Shown here: positions 29,021 through 39,927 of the stretch, in pieces
Layout: the number at the start of each line of letters is the position of its first letter
Numbering within the stretch: the first letter of the stretch is position 1
Virus record (IMG/VR): IMGVR_UViG_3300042520_001767
Span: 96,001 to 160,000 of that record
Strand: one strand, 5' to 3'
Source of the DNA: a virus
Length of the DNA stretch: 64,000 bases
The notes under the pieces: generated by a model
Told to the model about the DNA's origin: nothing
What the model saw: the letters and a program-made list of their open reading frames with translations, nothing else
The model's database searches: none
Translations under genes and position numbers: made by a program

Positions 29021-32000
29021 TTATTCATCCAACATTTTATCAATATCACCAATCATACCATCGATGTCTTTGTTTATTTTTAAATTTTTATTGTAAATTT
29101 TAATATTAGAAACCTTTTTAGTTTTGTCTGGTTTAATTGTTTCAACTAAAGCATCAACAAATCTATTTTTATACTTATTTGTTCTTTTATTTAAATCCCC
29201 AACCAATACTTCTTTTCTTTCAGTTAATAATTTTTCTACTTTTTTTAGAGACTCAGCAACTGTTTCAGGTTCTGCATCTATATCTAAACCACCTTCAGTA
29301 TCTATCGCACCTTCTTCTGGTACACCTTCTTCACCTTCAGCATCAGATTCATCACCGAAATCTAGGTCTTCACCACCCATTCCTCCACCTCCGAAACCTC
29401 CACCACTACCACCAGCACCAGAATCACCGCCTTCTTCACCTTCACCAGAACCACCACCATTTAACGCAACATCAAAGTCGCCATAAATTCTATCAACACT
29501 ATCAAACATGCCAGTATGTTTAATAACAGCAGCAGTATTCGCCAATTCAGCAGAAGCAGCTTTCTCCATACGTTGTTCTAGTAAATCTTGTTTTATTTCA
29601 TCATCAGACCAACCCATAATTTCTCTGTGTGCTCGTGTCCATGACATAACACCAAACCCAGTTCCAATATCAGACACAGCATCTTTAAGAAGACTAACTT
29701 TAAGTTGTAAATGTTCAACTTTTAACATTTCAGCTTGTGTTGATGGATTGTTAAGTGTAAGTGTGAAATTATCTAAATCATCCTCAAAACCTAAAAGATA
29801 TAAGTGTATGATAGCTATCTTGTTTAATTCTTGAAGAATTGATTGTTGAATTCTATTTATTGTTCTAGAAAAACGAATATCTTGAATAGCTAAATTTTTA
29901 CCATCACCAGTAGCATCATCAAAACCTAAAAACGGTTTAGGGACACGTAATGCTGTAAATAAATTACTTCTTAGGTATTCAATATCAGCAATTTGGTCTA
30001 AGTTTGATGCACCTGGCAAAGTATCTATTGGATTCGGTGCATTTTCATCCCTTACTGGTATAAAGAAATCTTGGTCATTTGCTAATTGATTATAACGTAA
30101 ATCAATTTGACCAGTTTGCGGGTCAACGATAGGCATACGTTTGAATCTATCAGCAATAGCGTTCACATATGGTTCAACATCAGCATCATCAATATTACCT
30201 ACAAATATTTTATATACACGTCTTTCTGGGGCTCTAGTTACACGATAAACAAGCATACTATCCTCTGATAGCAATAACTGTTTCCAAATACGTCTAGCTT
30301 TCTCTAAAACACTGGTTCCATATGGTAACCTTCTATCATCACCTAGTAATCTAAAGTGAGCAATTTGCCATGAGTTGAATTCAACATCACGACCTCTCCA
30401 GAAGAATTTAACTTTATCACCAGAAGAAACTTCTTCATCTGGTAATTCTCTACCAGAAATCATATCAAATAATCCAGATTCTCTTCTTTCCATTTCGTAG
30501 TTAGGCATCTGTTTAGAACCAATAACACCATTGGTTGCGTCTATATTTAAATAAATGAAATTATCACCGTATTTGCATGTGTTCCTAGTCCACATTGGTC
30601 CAGAAGTATGGAAATCTAATCTATTGAAAAATAAATCTTCTAATATTGTTTTAACACGTTTACTATCAGAATAGATATTAAGCATTTTACCTTGGTCATT
30701 TAGAGTTGTACAATTATGTGATATAATCATACCCGATTCACATTTTATAGCAAAATTAGAATCTACCGATGAATTTAATAAATCATAAACTTTGTTTTTA
30801 CCTAAATATTCTACACTAACAACTCTATGGTTCCCAATTGTAGAAACCATATCAGTCCAATTTTTATAACCTTTTTTAATTAAAAATGATGTTAACTTAA
30901 ATGAATCAATATTATATTTTTTACAATATATTTTGACTGAACGCACTGGGTTGGTTTGTGTTGATATGAATTCTTTTATTGTTTTAATGTTAAAACCATT
31001 ATTAAATATAAAATCCAAATCTTCAATTCTTGTTAAATTATATTTTTTACATAATAATTTATTGTAAGATATTACAGTACTTTTATTTAAATTAAATTTT
31101 AACATCGCTAATTTTCGTCTATTACCTTTTTTATTAATTAAATAAGTAATATATTCACTCTCATTAATATCGTTAATGTGTTTAGTTGTGTTATCGTAAT
31201 TAGGGTTAGTTTCTCCAAATCTACTAACACCGTACATTGGGTTATTTTCCCCAGCATTATTAAAAAATTCTTTTCTCTCTAATTCAGTTAAATTTTTTAA
31301 TTTATTGTTAAGACCATCTTGTAATTGTTTTATTTTTAAATTTTTATCACAATTGTCCCATGTTTTTTTACCATTTTCGCTAAAAATTTTTTTCATCTTA
31401 TTTGAAAATTCAATATTACCCCAACGTTCTTTATTTAAATCTGTGTGTAATTTTTGATGGTCATCCCAAAACATATATTCTAACTGTGAAGGGTCATTAT
31501 TTAATTTATTAAATGATTTATGGTGAACAACTATTTTTTCAGTTCTAGCTCTATCGTTTAATAATAAATTTTCTTTATTCTTTATTAATTCACTTTCAGC
31601 GACAATAACGTGAGTTAGTTTTGACCCACCATTAAAATTTGTTAAACTAACTTTCTCGTATCCTTTATAATCTAATCGTTTAGTTATAGATTTTAATGAA
31701 TCGCCATAAATTAAATCTTTGGTTTCTACCCATTTATTATCATAAGACAACCATTTATGATTATCAGTACAAACTATTTCGCTACCATCATCTAAAGTTA
31801 TTTTATATGTGTCTTTAACACCTTTTAAAATAACTTTATCAACCATAGATGGTTTTATTTTATCACCATTAATATCAACAGCATATACCCAAAAATTAGT
31901 TATGTTGTTTTCATACAATGATTCAATTGTATGTTCAGTACCATTTAAAAGGGGTATTATAGTTTCGCCACCCAAACATTCTTCCATCATCACGTCTAAT

Positions 32001-32308
32001 GCGGCAGCAATTGTTGGGTAAAACTCCATAGCCTCAAAATCGGCATAAGAACCAATACGAGTTGTTTCATAGTTGATTGATTGTTGGAACAAACCGTTTT
32101 CAACTTTTTTCCAAACAGAACCTAAGTATTTGTTTTGTTGTGCTTGTAATTTAGCTGTTTCATATTCAGCTTTATTATCTGTTTTCAATAACTCACCACT
32201 ACCAATATTGTAACGTTGTGTTGATGGTTGTTGTTGTTTTGGTTTTATCCCGTCAGGACTAATAACTTGTCCTAATTTTTGAAATATAGTTAAATTTTTA
32301 TTTGCCAT
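29021..32308 (-). CDS. portal protein (T4 gp20-like) interrupted by one intein
   Basis: YGTSVLEKARRIWKQL, YRVTRAPERRVYKI, EDFF-like QDFFIP, IADIEY and LRVPKPFLG; mature length 673 aa after removing a 422-aa intein. Confidence 0.9.
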   Translation of the reverse strand: MANKNLTIFQKLGQVISPDGIKPKQQQPSTQRYNIGSGELLKTDNKAEYETAKLQAQQNKYLGSVWKKVENGLFQQSINYETTRIGSYADFEAMEFYPTIAAALDVMMEECLGGETIIPLLNGTEHTIESLYENNITNFWVYAVDINGDKIKPSMVDKVILKGVKDTYKITLDDGSEIVCTDNHKWLSYDNKWVETKDLIYGDSLKSITKRLDYKGYEKVSLTNFNGGSKLTHVIVAESELIKNKENLLLNDRARTEKIVVHHKSFNKLNNDPSQLEYMFWDDHQKLHTDLNKERWGNIEFSNKMKKIFSENGKKTWDNCDKNLKIKQLQDGLNNKLKNLTELERKEFFNNAGENNPMYGVSRFGETNPNYDNTTKHINDINESEYITYLINKKGNRRKLAMLKFNLNKSTVISYNKLLCKKYNLTRIEDLDFIFNNGFNIKTIKEFISTQTNPVRSVKIYCKKYNIDSFKLTSFLIKKGYKNWTDMVSTIGNHRVVSVEYLGKNKVYDLLNSSVDSNFAIKCESGMIISHNCTTLNDQGKMLNIYSDSKRVKTILEDLFFNRLDFHTSGPMWTRNTCKYGDNFIYLNIDATNGVIGSKQMPNYEMERRESGLFDMISGRELPDEEVSSGDKVKFFWRGRDVEFNSWQIAHFRLLGDDRRLPYGTSVLEKARRIWKQLLLSEDSMLVYRVTRAPERRVYKIFVGNIDDADVEPYVNAIADRFKRMPIVDPQTGQIDLRYNQLANDQDFFIPVRDENAPNPIDTLPGASNLDQIADIEYLRSNLFTALRVPKPFLGFDDATGDGKNLAIQDIRFSRTINRIQQSILQELNKIAIIHLYLLGFEDDLDNFTLTLNNPSTQAEMLKVEHLQLKVSLLKDAVSDIGTGFGVMSWTRAHREIMGWSDDEIKQDLLEQRMEKAASAELANTAAVIKHTGMFDSVDRIYGDFDVALNGGGSGEGEEGGDSGAGGSGGGFGGGGMGGEDLDFGDESDAEGEEGVPEEGAIDTEGGLDIDAEPETVAESLKKVEKLLTERKEVLVGDLNKRTNKYKNRFVDALVETIKPDKTKKVSNIKIYNKNLKINKDIDGMIGDIDKMLDE
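30713..31978 (-). mobile_element. intein (422 aa) with HNH endonuclease in the portal gene
   Basis: MMEE|CLGGET...CTDNHKW...VVHHKSFNKLNNDPSQLE...GMIISHN|CTT; GENNPMYG NUMOD3-like motif. Confidence 0.9.
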
Positions 32309-32352
32309 AATTTTTATTTTAAATATAATGTTTTGATTAATAAATTAAATAG

Positions 32353-32598
32353 TTATTCAACATAATCACACTCCACATATGCAAAATGAGTTTGTTGTGA
32401 ATTTACAACTTTTAAATCATATACATATGTAGTTATCCAATCTTGACCTTGCGAACCAGAAATTGCATCACAATAAAATGGTCGTGAATTTTGCTTGTTA
32501 TTTGATTTATTTTTTGAAAAAATATTAGGTGTTGGTGACCATTTATATAACAACCCACCAACACTTTTTTGTATAAATACTTTTTTACCTAATGCCAT
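32353..32598 (-). CDS. small hypothetical protein
   Basis: ATG at 32598 (MALGKK...) between the terminase and portal genes. Confidence 0.5.
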   Translation of the reverse strand: MALGKKVFIQKSVGGLLYKWSPTPNIFSKNKSNNKQNSRPFYCDAISGSQGQDWITTYVYDLKVVNSQQTHFAYVECDYVE

Positions 32599-32612
32599 TA
32601 TTTTATTTTTTT

Positions 32613-35600
32613 TTATCTTTTTCCAAACAACCAAGCATATTCACCCCTAGGGTCTTGAACATTTTTGTATGCACTATGATTTGGATTTATCTTTTTCTCA
32701 ACTTGCTTTGTTTCTGGGTTTATAGTTGTTACCGTTGATGATGGGTTTGATGTTGATAACCAACTAGACAATATTGCCTTTGTTTGTTTTTCTAATCTTT
32801 CTAAATTTTTAAAAGAATGTTCCATTACCCATAAAGCCATCCCCAACGACATAATTAAATCATCATGATAGCCTTCCATGTGGTCTGGTCTACCATTCTT
32901 ATATATAAATGTTTTCATTTCAGAAATCAATCTACTAGAACGTATCTTAATACCATTTGTTCTAATTTTATATTCTAGATTAGAAATCATTGGTAAACGT
33001 ACATTGGTCGCATGAAACCCAGGTATTTTATTTTGTTTATTATATGAAGTTAATTCTCTTTGTCTAGCAGAAAGAATTTTACCATTTGTGTCATCATAAT
33101 GCAAGTGTTTATATTCAAATTCAAGTAGTTTCAACACAGTAGAAACACCCATACCACCAGTAACATCGACTACTGAATAAGCTTTATATAAATTACCGTA
33201 CTCCTCAACTATCTGAGCTAATAAATCTGGTTGAATTTTACCTTGATATTCCATTACTTGTTCCATAGTAGTGAAATCCACAATAACAATAGTTGAAGAA
33301 TCTTCACCATCACCCCTTGAAACGTCAATTCCAGCAATGTACTGATGCCCCTCTTGCGGTTCTTCCCAAACCCATATCTCTTGTTCTAAACCAGCTGTAT
33401 ATTTAGGTTCTTTTACATTGTTCTTTTCGTGAAATTCAATATATTCTTCATTTATTACGTTACCCCCAGAACCAATAAACGATACGTCAAGCTCTTGAGC
33501 AATCATTTTGGCATCGTTATTCATACCCATACACATCTGTTCATACCATGTAGATGTAGGTTTCCAACCATCTTCAATTTTTTTAGTATAAGATTCGAAA
33601 GTAAATTCGTATTCTCTTTCTACTTGGTCGTCTTTTAACCAACTTAAATCTTTATTATAACGTAAATCTTCATACCATTTCATTTCAACAATGTTGAAGT
33701 TATTCTTTTTATTTTTAGCTTGGTCATAAGTTTTATAATACAAACTATCCATTCCATTTGGTGTTTGGTGACCTAAAATTCCATTATATATTACTGAATG
33801 ACACCAAAAATCAGTTTCATCATTTGGTAATGAGAAATCATACGTTTTATTTTTTGAGTGACTTATATTTTTTATTTTTTCCCATTTTCCATTTAATAAT
33901 AGTATTTTATCAATATTATATTGACTCAAATCAAGTAATAATACATTTTCAAAATAGTTGATAAACTTTATAAATTTATTTTTATTTAAATCATATGTTT
34001 TGTTTTTTAAAGATAAATGTAAATCATTAACTTTTAACCCAGTCCCAGATAATTTTCTAACTAAATTGAAATCGTCAATAATCTCTCTAATAATTCGTTT
34101 ACCATTTGGTATAAATTCAGATTGGTTATCATTATTAAAAATAGGTAGAGATAAACTTTTATTTTGTTTTCTCTTAAACCTAAAACCAATTAAATTGTAA
34201 TATTTTTTTGCATTATTTGATATAGCTGAAATCCTATAAAAATTACTAGTAACTTTAACTTTTTTAGTTATAGGTGTTACACCTTCATTATAATCTGTCA
34301 AAATACCAAAATTAAGGAATAACATTCTTATCTGCTCAACCAATCGTTTAGAAGACATATTAATACCTATCCTACCACGAACAGAATCACTATAACCATC
34401 GCCATCCATAATACCTTGTAACATAGCGATTATATTCTCTCTAGACATTTTTAATAATCTACTTGGTATTATTTTTTCATTTGCTTTTTTGGTTAAATCA
34501 AAACCTAAATGTTCTAACAAACTACCTAAATATTTTGAACCAATAGTGTAGTGTAAATTATCATGAGATGAATACTTAAAACCACAGTTAGTTATTGCTT
34601 CGCTAACATCGTCACCACAAGTTATTGTTATACTAGTACCTATATGGTTATTATTTTTATCTATTGTTTTATAAACAGAACCTTCAGAAATATATAACCC
34701 AATCAAATAAGCTAAATCAGTAGTTATTTTATTGAATTTATCCTTTGGTATATTGTGCTCTTTATTTGATTCTTTATATTCAAAACCAATTTCATCATAA
34801 TTACCCCATAACTCAAAACCAGATTGTATGTTAATGTAATCACCTTCATTTAACTGTGACATTTCATACCAATCAAATTTGTTATCAATTTTAGAATAAC
34901 ACCATAATTTATGTGTGTGTGTACCCTCTATACTACCAGAAGTTGATTCTAATTTAATAGTTTCTTGTAACCCATTATTAACAAATAAATTAGAAGTTCT
35001 TGTTTTAAATAACCCTTGAATTGAATAATCTTGAATATTATAACCTAAGTTTGGGTTATCACCCTTAGATTCATCAATGAATTCAGAAACTTCTTTAACA
35101 CCTTCATTAGTAAAAACAAACGTATCTTTTGTTACACATGAAATAAGAGTTGCTCGACCACCAGTATTATGGCTAACTACGCCATTTGATATGAATGAAT
35201 TAGTTTCTGGTACGTGTAAATCATACGTATAATCTTCCCCATTATTTATTTCAATTATTTCATCAATATAATATTTCTCGTTATTTTTTATTTGTTCATA
35301 CAATCCCAATAAATCCATATCGTTAGGTATTTCAATCATCAAACGATTCAATGATTCATAACTTAATCGCTCATATTTTGAAACCCAAAAACGCTCTAAG
35401 AATCTAAATTTAGATTTAGTTAACCCATTTTTATCTAAAATCTTTAGTATTGTTTTTTGAGGTACATCTATGAATCTACTATTTAATTTTTTACCAATTA
35501 AATATTGTTTATTTTTTTGTTTTCTATCTAATCTAAAACCTATCTCATCATAAAATTTAATAGCATGGTCAGAATAAATTTTTAAATTATATATCGTACA

Positions 35601-37058
35601 AACATGGTCTTTATTAGTTATTATTGACGACTCCGAAGTTTTTCGTATTTCTTTTTTTACGTGTGAAATAATTCCAAAATTTAAAAGTAATGTTTGTAAA
35701 GTTTTAATTAATTTTTTTGATGTACTAGAATATTTAATATCTTTTATTGTTGACATTCCATCCCCATCAAACATACCTTGTAAAAAATTAACGATAACTT
35801 CTTTAGACATTTTGAGTATTGATAGCGGTATCTCTTTATCTCTAGCGTTATGTTTTTTAAGTCCAAACTCTTCAAACCATTGTACCAATTCAGTTGAGTG
35901 ATACATATAATGCCTATCATCTACTTTCTTAAACCCATTACCTAATTTAGCTATATCATTTATTAAAAAATTAGTTATCTGCGCATCAACATTAGTTATC
36001 GTTATACCTCTACTGGTAAAATTACCCTCAGCAACAAATAAACCTAACAAATAACAAAAATCTAAATTATCTGATAAGTTTAATGGTATATTAATGTTTT
36101 TTTGGTTGTAATTAACTCTATCAAATGAAAAATCAAATTTACTATCTTGCCCAAAATAATTTTGGTTATAATTAATAATTGGTTTATCACCGACAACTAA
36201 TTCATTCATTCGTACCCAAACTTCTTCACCATTTCTATTAATTAATAACGGATGTTTCCAACTACCCTCTAACTCTATACCTAATTTTGTTTTTATTTTA
36301 AAGGTTTCACCATACTCACTTACAAATGTTTGAGTTGCTGGTGTTAAAACACCATCTTTATTACAAACCATGTGTGGTACGTCTAAATCAGTAAACCCTA
36401 ATTTATCTTTTTCAGTAACCAATTCATCCAACTCAACTAAACCGTTTTCGGTTAATATTAACGAGTCTTTAGTTAAACAACCTAACGCAGTAAGTGCAGC
36501 ACCAAATACTTCAGCACCATTATCAATATATGCAGCCTCATCCATGATAAGGAATGTAGGTGTAAATCCCCTCAAAGCATCTTTAGATGTTGCTACTGCT
36601 TTTACACGACTACCGTTAGGTAATTTAATCTCTTTCTTTGAATCTGTAAGGAAAATTGATTTACCTTCGTTTTTAGGGTTACCATAATATTCATGACCCC
36701 ATACCCATCTAGGTAATTGATTTAGAAAATCTTTAATCTTAGCCAAGAACTCAAAAGCTAACTCTTGTTTATTGGCAATAATCAGAATGTTTTCTGGGTT
36801 ATCAGAATCAGCAAAACCAACCTTTATTGACATATACGCAGCTGTTGTTGTTGATACCCCAGCCTGTCTAGGTTTTGTTACAATATTAAAACGGTTTTTT
36901 TCGTATGCTGTGATAATCTCTCTCTGTCTAGGGAATAATCTAAATGGTACAAAACCCTCTTGAGTTTTATCAAACGTTTCCAAATAGGTTTCAATTGCAT
37001 AAGTCGGTTGAGTTAGACATCTAGCGTATTCTTTAAATATCTCGTTAGTTGTAAGCAT
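32613..37058 (-). CDS. terminase large subunit (T4 gp17-like) with two inteins
   Basis: KPRQAGVST Walker A, RGFTPTFLIMDEAA, reconstituted ISTPNG, GIDVSRGDGEDSS and HDDLIMS; mature length about 585 aa from the ATG at 37058. Confidence 0.92.
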   Translation of the reverse strand: MLTTNEIFKEYARCLTQPTYAIETYLETFDKTQEGFVPFRLFPRQREIITAYEKNRFNIVTKPRQAGVSTTTAAYMSIKVGFADSDNPENILIIANKQELAFEFLAKIKDFLNQLPRWVWGHEYYGNPKNEGKSIFLTDSKKEIKLPNGSRVKAVATSKDALRGFTPTFLIMDEAAYIDNGAEVFGAALTALGCLTKDSLILTENGLVELDELVTEKDKLGFTDLDVPHMVCNKDGVLTPATQTFVSEYGETFKIKTKLGIELEGSWKHPLLINRNGEEVWVRMNELVVGDKPIINYNQNYFGQDSKFDFSFDRVNYNQKNINIPLNLSDNLDFCYLLGLFVAEGNFTSRGITITNVDAQITNFLINDIAKLGNGFKKVDDRHYMYHSTELVQWFEEFGLKKHNARDKEIPLSILKMSKEVIVNFLQGMFDGDGMSTIKDIKYSSTSKKLIKTLQTLLLNFGIISHVKKEIRKTSESSIITNKDHVCTIYNLKIYSDHAIKFYDEIGFRLDRKQKNKQYLIGKKLNSRFIDVPQKTILKILDKNGLTKSKFRFLERFWVSKYERLSYESLNRLMIEIPNDMDLLGLYEQIKNNEKYYIDEIIEINNGEDYTYDLHVPETNSFISNGVVSHNTGGRATLISCVTKDTFVFTNEGVKEVSEFIDESKGDNPNLGYNIQDYSIQGLFKTRTSNLFVNNGLQETIKLESTSGSIEGTHTHKLWCYSKIDNKFDWYEMSQLNEGDYINIQSGFELWGNYDEIGFEYKESNKEHNIPKDKFNKITTDLAYLIGLYISEGSVYKTIDKNNNHIGTSITITCGDDVSEAITNCGFKYSSHDNLHYTIGSKYLGSLLEHLGFDLTKKANEKIIPSRLLKMSRENIIAMLQGIMDGDGYSDSVRGRIGINMSSKRLVEQIRMLFLNFGILTDYNEGVTPITKKVKVTSNFYRISAISNNAKKYYNLIGFRFKRKQNKSLSLPIFNNDNQSEFIPNGKRIIREIIDDFNLVRKLSGTGLKVNDLHLSLKNKTYDLNKNKFIKFINYFENVLLLDLSQYNIDKILLLNGKWEKIKNISHSKNKTYDFSLPNDETDFWCHSVIYNGILGHQTPNGMDSLYYKTYDQAKNKKNNFNIVEMKWYEDLRYNKDLSWLKDDQVEREYEFTFESYTKKIEDGWKPTSTWYEQMCMGMNNDAKMIAQELDVSFIGSGGNVINEEYIEFHEKNNVKEPKYTAGLEQEIWVWEEPQEGHQYIAGIDVSRGDGEDSSTIVIVDFTTMEQVMEYQGKIQPDLLAQIVEEYGNLYKAYSVVDVTGGMGVSTVLKLLEFEYKHLHYDDTNGKILSARQRELTSYNKQNKIPGFHATNVRLPMISNLEYKIRTNGIKIRSSRLISEMKTFIYKNGRPDHMEGYHDDLIMSLGMALWVMEHSFKNLERLEKQTKAILSSWLSTSNPSSTVTTINPETKQVEKKINPNHSAYKNVQDPRGEYAWLFGKR
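33765..35138 (-). mobile_element. intein 2 of TerL (458 aa, LAGLIDADG, ends in His-Gln)
   Basis: LIS|CVTKDT...LIGLYISEG...MLQGIMDGDG...NGILGHQ|TPNG. Confidence 0.9.
35166..36479 (-). mobile_element. intein 1 of TerL (438 aa, LAGLIDADG)
   Basis: TALG|CLTKDS...LLGLFVAEG...FLQGMFDGDG...NGVVSHN|TGG. Confidence 0.92.
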
Positions 37059-37111
37059 ATTCTTTTTAGTAATAAATATGCAGAAATCAACTAAAAACAT
37101 TTAATCAAATA

Positions 37112-37137
37112 ATAAAGACCCCAAATGGGGCCTTTAT
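37112..37137. terminator. terminator-like hairpin
   Basis: ATAAAGACCCC-AAAT-GGGGCCTTTAT (one mismatch). Confidence 0.5.
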
Positions 37138-37158
37138 CTATTATTATGTTGTTTAAAA

Positions 37159-38472
37159 TTAAAATAATTCATCAATATCAAAACCATCTTCTTGGTCTTC
37201 ATTATCACTATGACTATCTGTGTTATCAATTGTTGTACCACCCATAAGTTCATCAAAATCAAAACCTAATTCATTTGAGACTTCTCCATCATTATATTTA
37301 GCACTTTTATTTATAGCTTCATTAAATTCTTCTGTTTTAATATCATTACTAACTTCATTTACAATATCTTTAATAATTTTCTTCCCTTCATTAGTGTTTG
37401 CCATTACTTCTCTCATTTTTACATTGAATTCGTCTACTGGTAATGCGGCCATCTCACTATAAATGTGGTGTTTCATATGGAAATCATCTGGTTCTATTGC
37501 ATTCGTGAATCTAGACCAAAGACCTGGACCCATACGCATATCCCATGGTTCAGCAGCTAAAAAGTCAGCTTTATTTATAACAAATTCACCAGTTTTTTTA
37601 TCTTTAGGTAAACCATGTGCTGACATTAATTCCATAACACCTTTTACTAATTCATGGATAAGAACTGGGAAAACCATAGCTTGTACATGAATAACAGCTT
37701 TTGGGTTATCCTTACATGGAAACATAACCCTAACAACACCACCATTTACACCATTTTCCATATTAGGTATAATATAGTACATGTAATCAGCTGCTGCCAT
37801 CATTTTAGAATATTTATTAGATAAACGAGGTTCAATGTCGGTTAATTCATCATCAACCATGTGAAACATATGATTACATTTTTTAGCTGCACCTTGTGTC
37901 ATTGCGTTAAGAAATCTTCTTTTATAAACTTCTTTATTTGCGTTCTCCATTGATTCATGACTATCAAATTCCATTTGAACCTCCATAGGTTTAGGGTTCT
38001 TTTTTGTTCCTTCCATATTTATTCTATCGGTTAGTTCTGCATGTATTTCAACAACATCTTCACCCATATCATATTCTTCACGAATCATTTTTATCGCCAA
38101 GTCAACTAATTTTTTTTTGTTTTTTGATTCTAATTCCATAGTTTCAATAACCAGTGGCATCATGTTACTCATAACTTCAGAATTATCAATTGAATCACAA
38201 TCAAAAGCTCGCTTATATCTTTTTGCTACTTCACTAAATCTTTCCCCCATGATTGTTTCCTCAAAACTATTTTCATGACCTTCTGGTAATACTGGACTAC
38301 CACTTAAAGAGTGTCTTTTCTCTCTCAAATCAGCTTCAAGTTCTGGGTTCATTCTTTCAGTTAAACCTTCTGGGTATAGAATACTTTCATTTAAAGGTTT
38401 AGACTTACTAACTTGTTTACCTAATTTAGACTTTCTTAGTGCTTCTTCAGCTATTTTTCTGTAATCACTCAT
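37159..38472 (-). CDS. hypothetical protein (head module)
   Basis: 437-aa ORF containing an HELVKG motif; LNES near the N-terminus. Confidence 0.55.
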   Translation of the reverse strand: MSDYRKIAEEALRKSKLGKQVSKSKPLNESILYPEGLTERMNPELEADLREKRHSLSGSPVLPEGHENSFEETIMGERFSEVAKRYKRAFDCDSIDNSEVMSNMMPLVIETMELESKNKKKLVDLAIKMIREEYDMGEDVVEIHAELTDRINMEGTKKNPKPMEVQMEFDSHESMENANKEVYKRRFLNAMTQGAAKKCNHMFHMVDDELTDIEPRLSNKYSKMMAAADYMYYIIPNMENGVNGGVVRVMFPCKDNPKAVIHVQAMVFPVLIHELVKGVMELMSAHGLPKDKKTGEFVINKADFLAAEPWDMRMGPGLWSRFTNAIEPDDFHMKHHIYSEMAALPVDEFNVKMREVMANTNEGKKIIKDIVNEVSNDIKTEEFNEAINKSAKYNDGEVSNELGFDFDELMGGTTIDNTDSHSDNEDQEDGFDIDELF

Positions 38473-39530
38473 TATTTTATGTCTTTTACTTTTAATATTT
38501 TTATTACATTTCTTTTTTTGTTTAACCCTCCAAATAGTTCTTTTTTCTTAATAATTCTACCCTCATTTGTTGGTGATGGTTTATCACCAGTTAAAGGTGC
38601 TTCTGATGGGTCATCTTTTGCTAAATCTTTATATGAAGAAATTATTTGCGGTAATTTTTCAATTGGTACGTTTATTAATTGTCCCATTTTTGCTAAAAAA
38701 ACCGATTGTTCCATTGGTGTATCTAATTTGGCAAAATATTTACCAAACATATTCGTCATCTTATCAACCAATATCTTTACATCACCTTTTAGTTTATCAA
38801 TGTTTATTTCTTCATCTAAACCACCTTCACTCTTTCTTTCAAAACCTTCTTTGAAATATTTACCAGCCCTAAAGGCTTTTAATTGTCTAATACCCATATA
38901 ATCCTCTTCTGGACCCAATTTACTACCAGACCTCATCATCTCTTTGTAGTTTTTGAATTTACCAACAACTTGACCAGAATTTATATTAACGAAGAAATGT
39001 TTATAACCACCCAAATCATTTAGATTTAAATGATTCATTAAACCTCCTTTATCAAAATCATTTTCTTCAACTGGTCGCTTATTAGATATTTCTTTTTCCA
39101 TAACTGGTTTAACTATATTTTCCTCAAAAAAATCGACAGAATATATAACGTTTTGACCATTATCATCTGTTTCATCATGTGAAAAAACAGCCATAACTAT
39201 CTGGTTATCAGAACCTAAACCTCTAACCATTTGATATTTTTGTACACCTATAGTAAAAGGTTGTGAAACTTTACCAGTTTTATCATCTTTTATATTTGAT
39301 AGATATTTTATAGTTTCTTTATCTTTAGGTGCTATAACTGCTTCTGGTTCCAACATATTTAATTCCTCATCAACAATGTTAATGTTAAAATTTTTACCTA
39401 ATTTTTTTAAATCATTAGAAACAGATGATAAATCTTGTTTTTTAACGTTAATACTTGATTTTGAATTTGAACTACTTGAACTATTAGAGCTACCAAACAT
39501 AGTTTCTTGTATTGTATTTTTATTTTTCAT
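38472..39530 (-). CDS. hypothetical protein
   Basis: 352-aa ORF coupled to the next gene. Confidence 0.55.
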   Translation of the reverse strand: MKNKNTIQETMFGSSNSSSSSNSKSSINVKKQDLSSVSNDLKKLGKNFNINIVDEELNMLEPEAVIAPKDKETIKYLSNIKDDKTGKVSQPFTIGVQKYQMVRGLGSDNQIVMAVFSHDETDDNGQNVIYSVDFFEENIVKPVMEKEISNKRPVEENDFDKGGLMNHLNLNDLGGYKHFFVNINSGQVVGKFKNYKEMMRSGSKLGPEEDYMGIRQLKAFRAGKYFKEGFERKSEGGLDEEINIDKLKGDVKILVDKMTNMFGKYFAKLDTPMEQSVFLAKMGQLINVPIEKLPQIISSYKDLAKDDPSEAPLTGDKPSPTNEGRIIKKKELFGGLNKKRNVIKILKVKDIK

Positions 39531-39534
39531 TGTT

Positions 39535-39927
39535 TTATTTTTTAAATTGCAATATTAGGTCGTTTTCATATAGTTTAGCTTCAACTGATTCACTAGTCTC
39601 ACCAAATTTAAAACAAAGTCTTTTTTCTGGGTAAGAGTCATAAGCATTTATATTCTCCCAAGCCAAAGCTATAACACCATCGATTGCATCCCAAACAGCA
39701 AATGTATCACTATCTTGGATTACATCTAAGTTTAATTCCGATTCTAGTCTACCTACTTTTTTTATAAAGTTATCGTGTGGTGGTGAAGGTCTTCCAGAAG
39801 CTGGAAAAGTATCCCAATCATCACCGTCAATATTTTTATTTGTATCTGAAAAGATAAATTCATAAATGAAATTACCCTTGTAATCTTTACCAACTCTATT
39901 TACATATATTAAAAACAATTCTTTCAT
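39535..39927 (-). CDS. hypothetical protein
   Basis: 130-aa acidic/aromatic ORF. Confidence 0.55.
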   Translation of the reverse strand: MKELFLIYVNRVGKDYKGNFIYEFIFSDTNKNIDGDDWDTFPASGRPSPPHDNFIKKVGRLESELNLDVIQDSDTFAVWDAIDGVIALAWENINAYDSYPEKRLCFKFGETSESVEAKLYENDLILQFKK

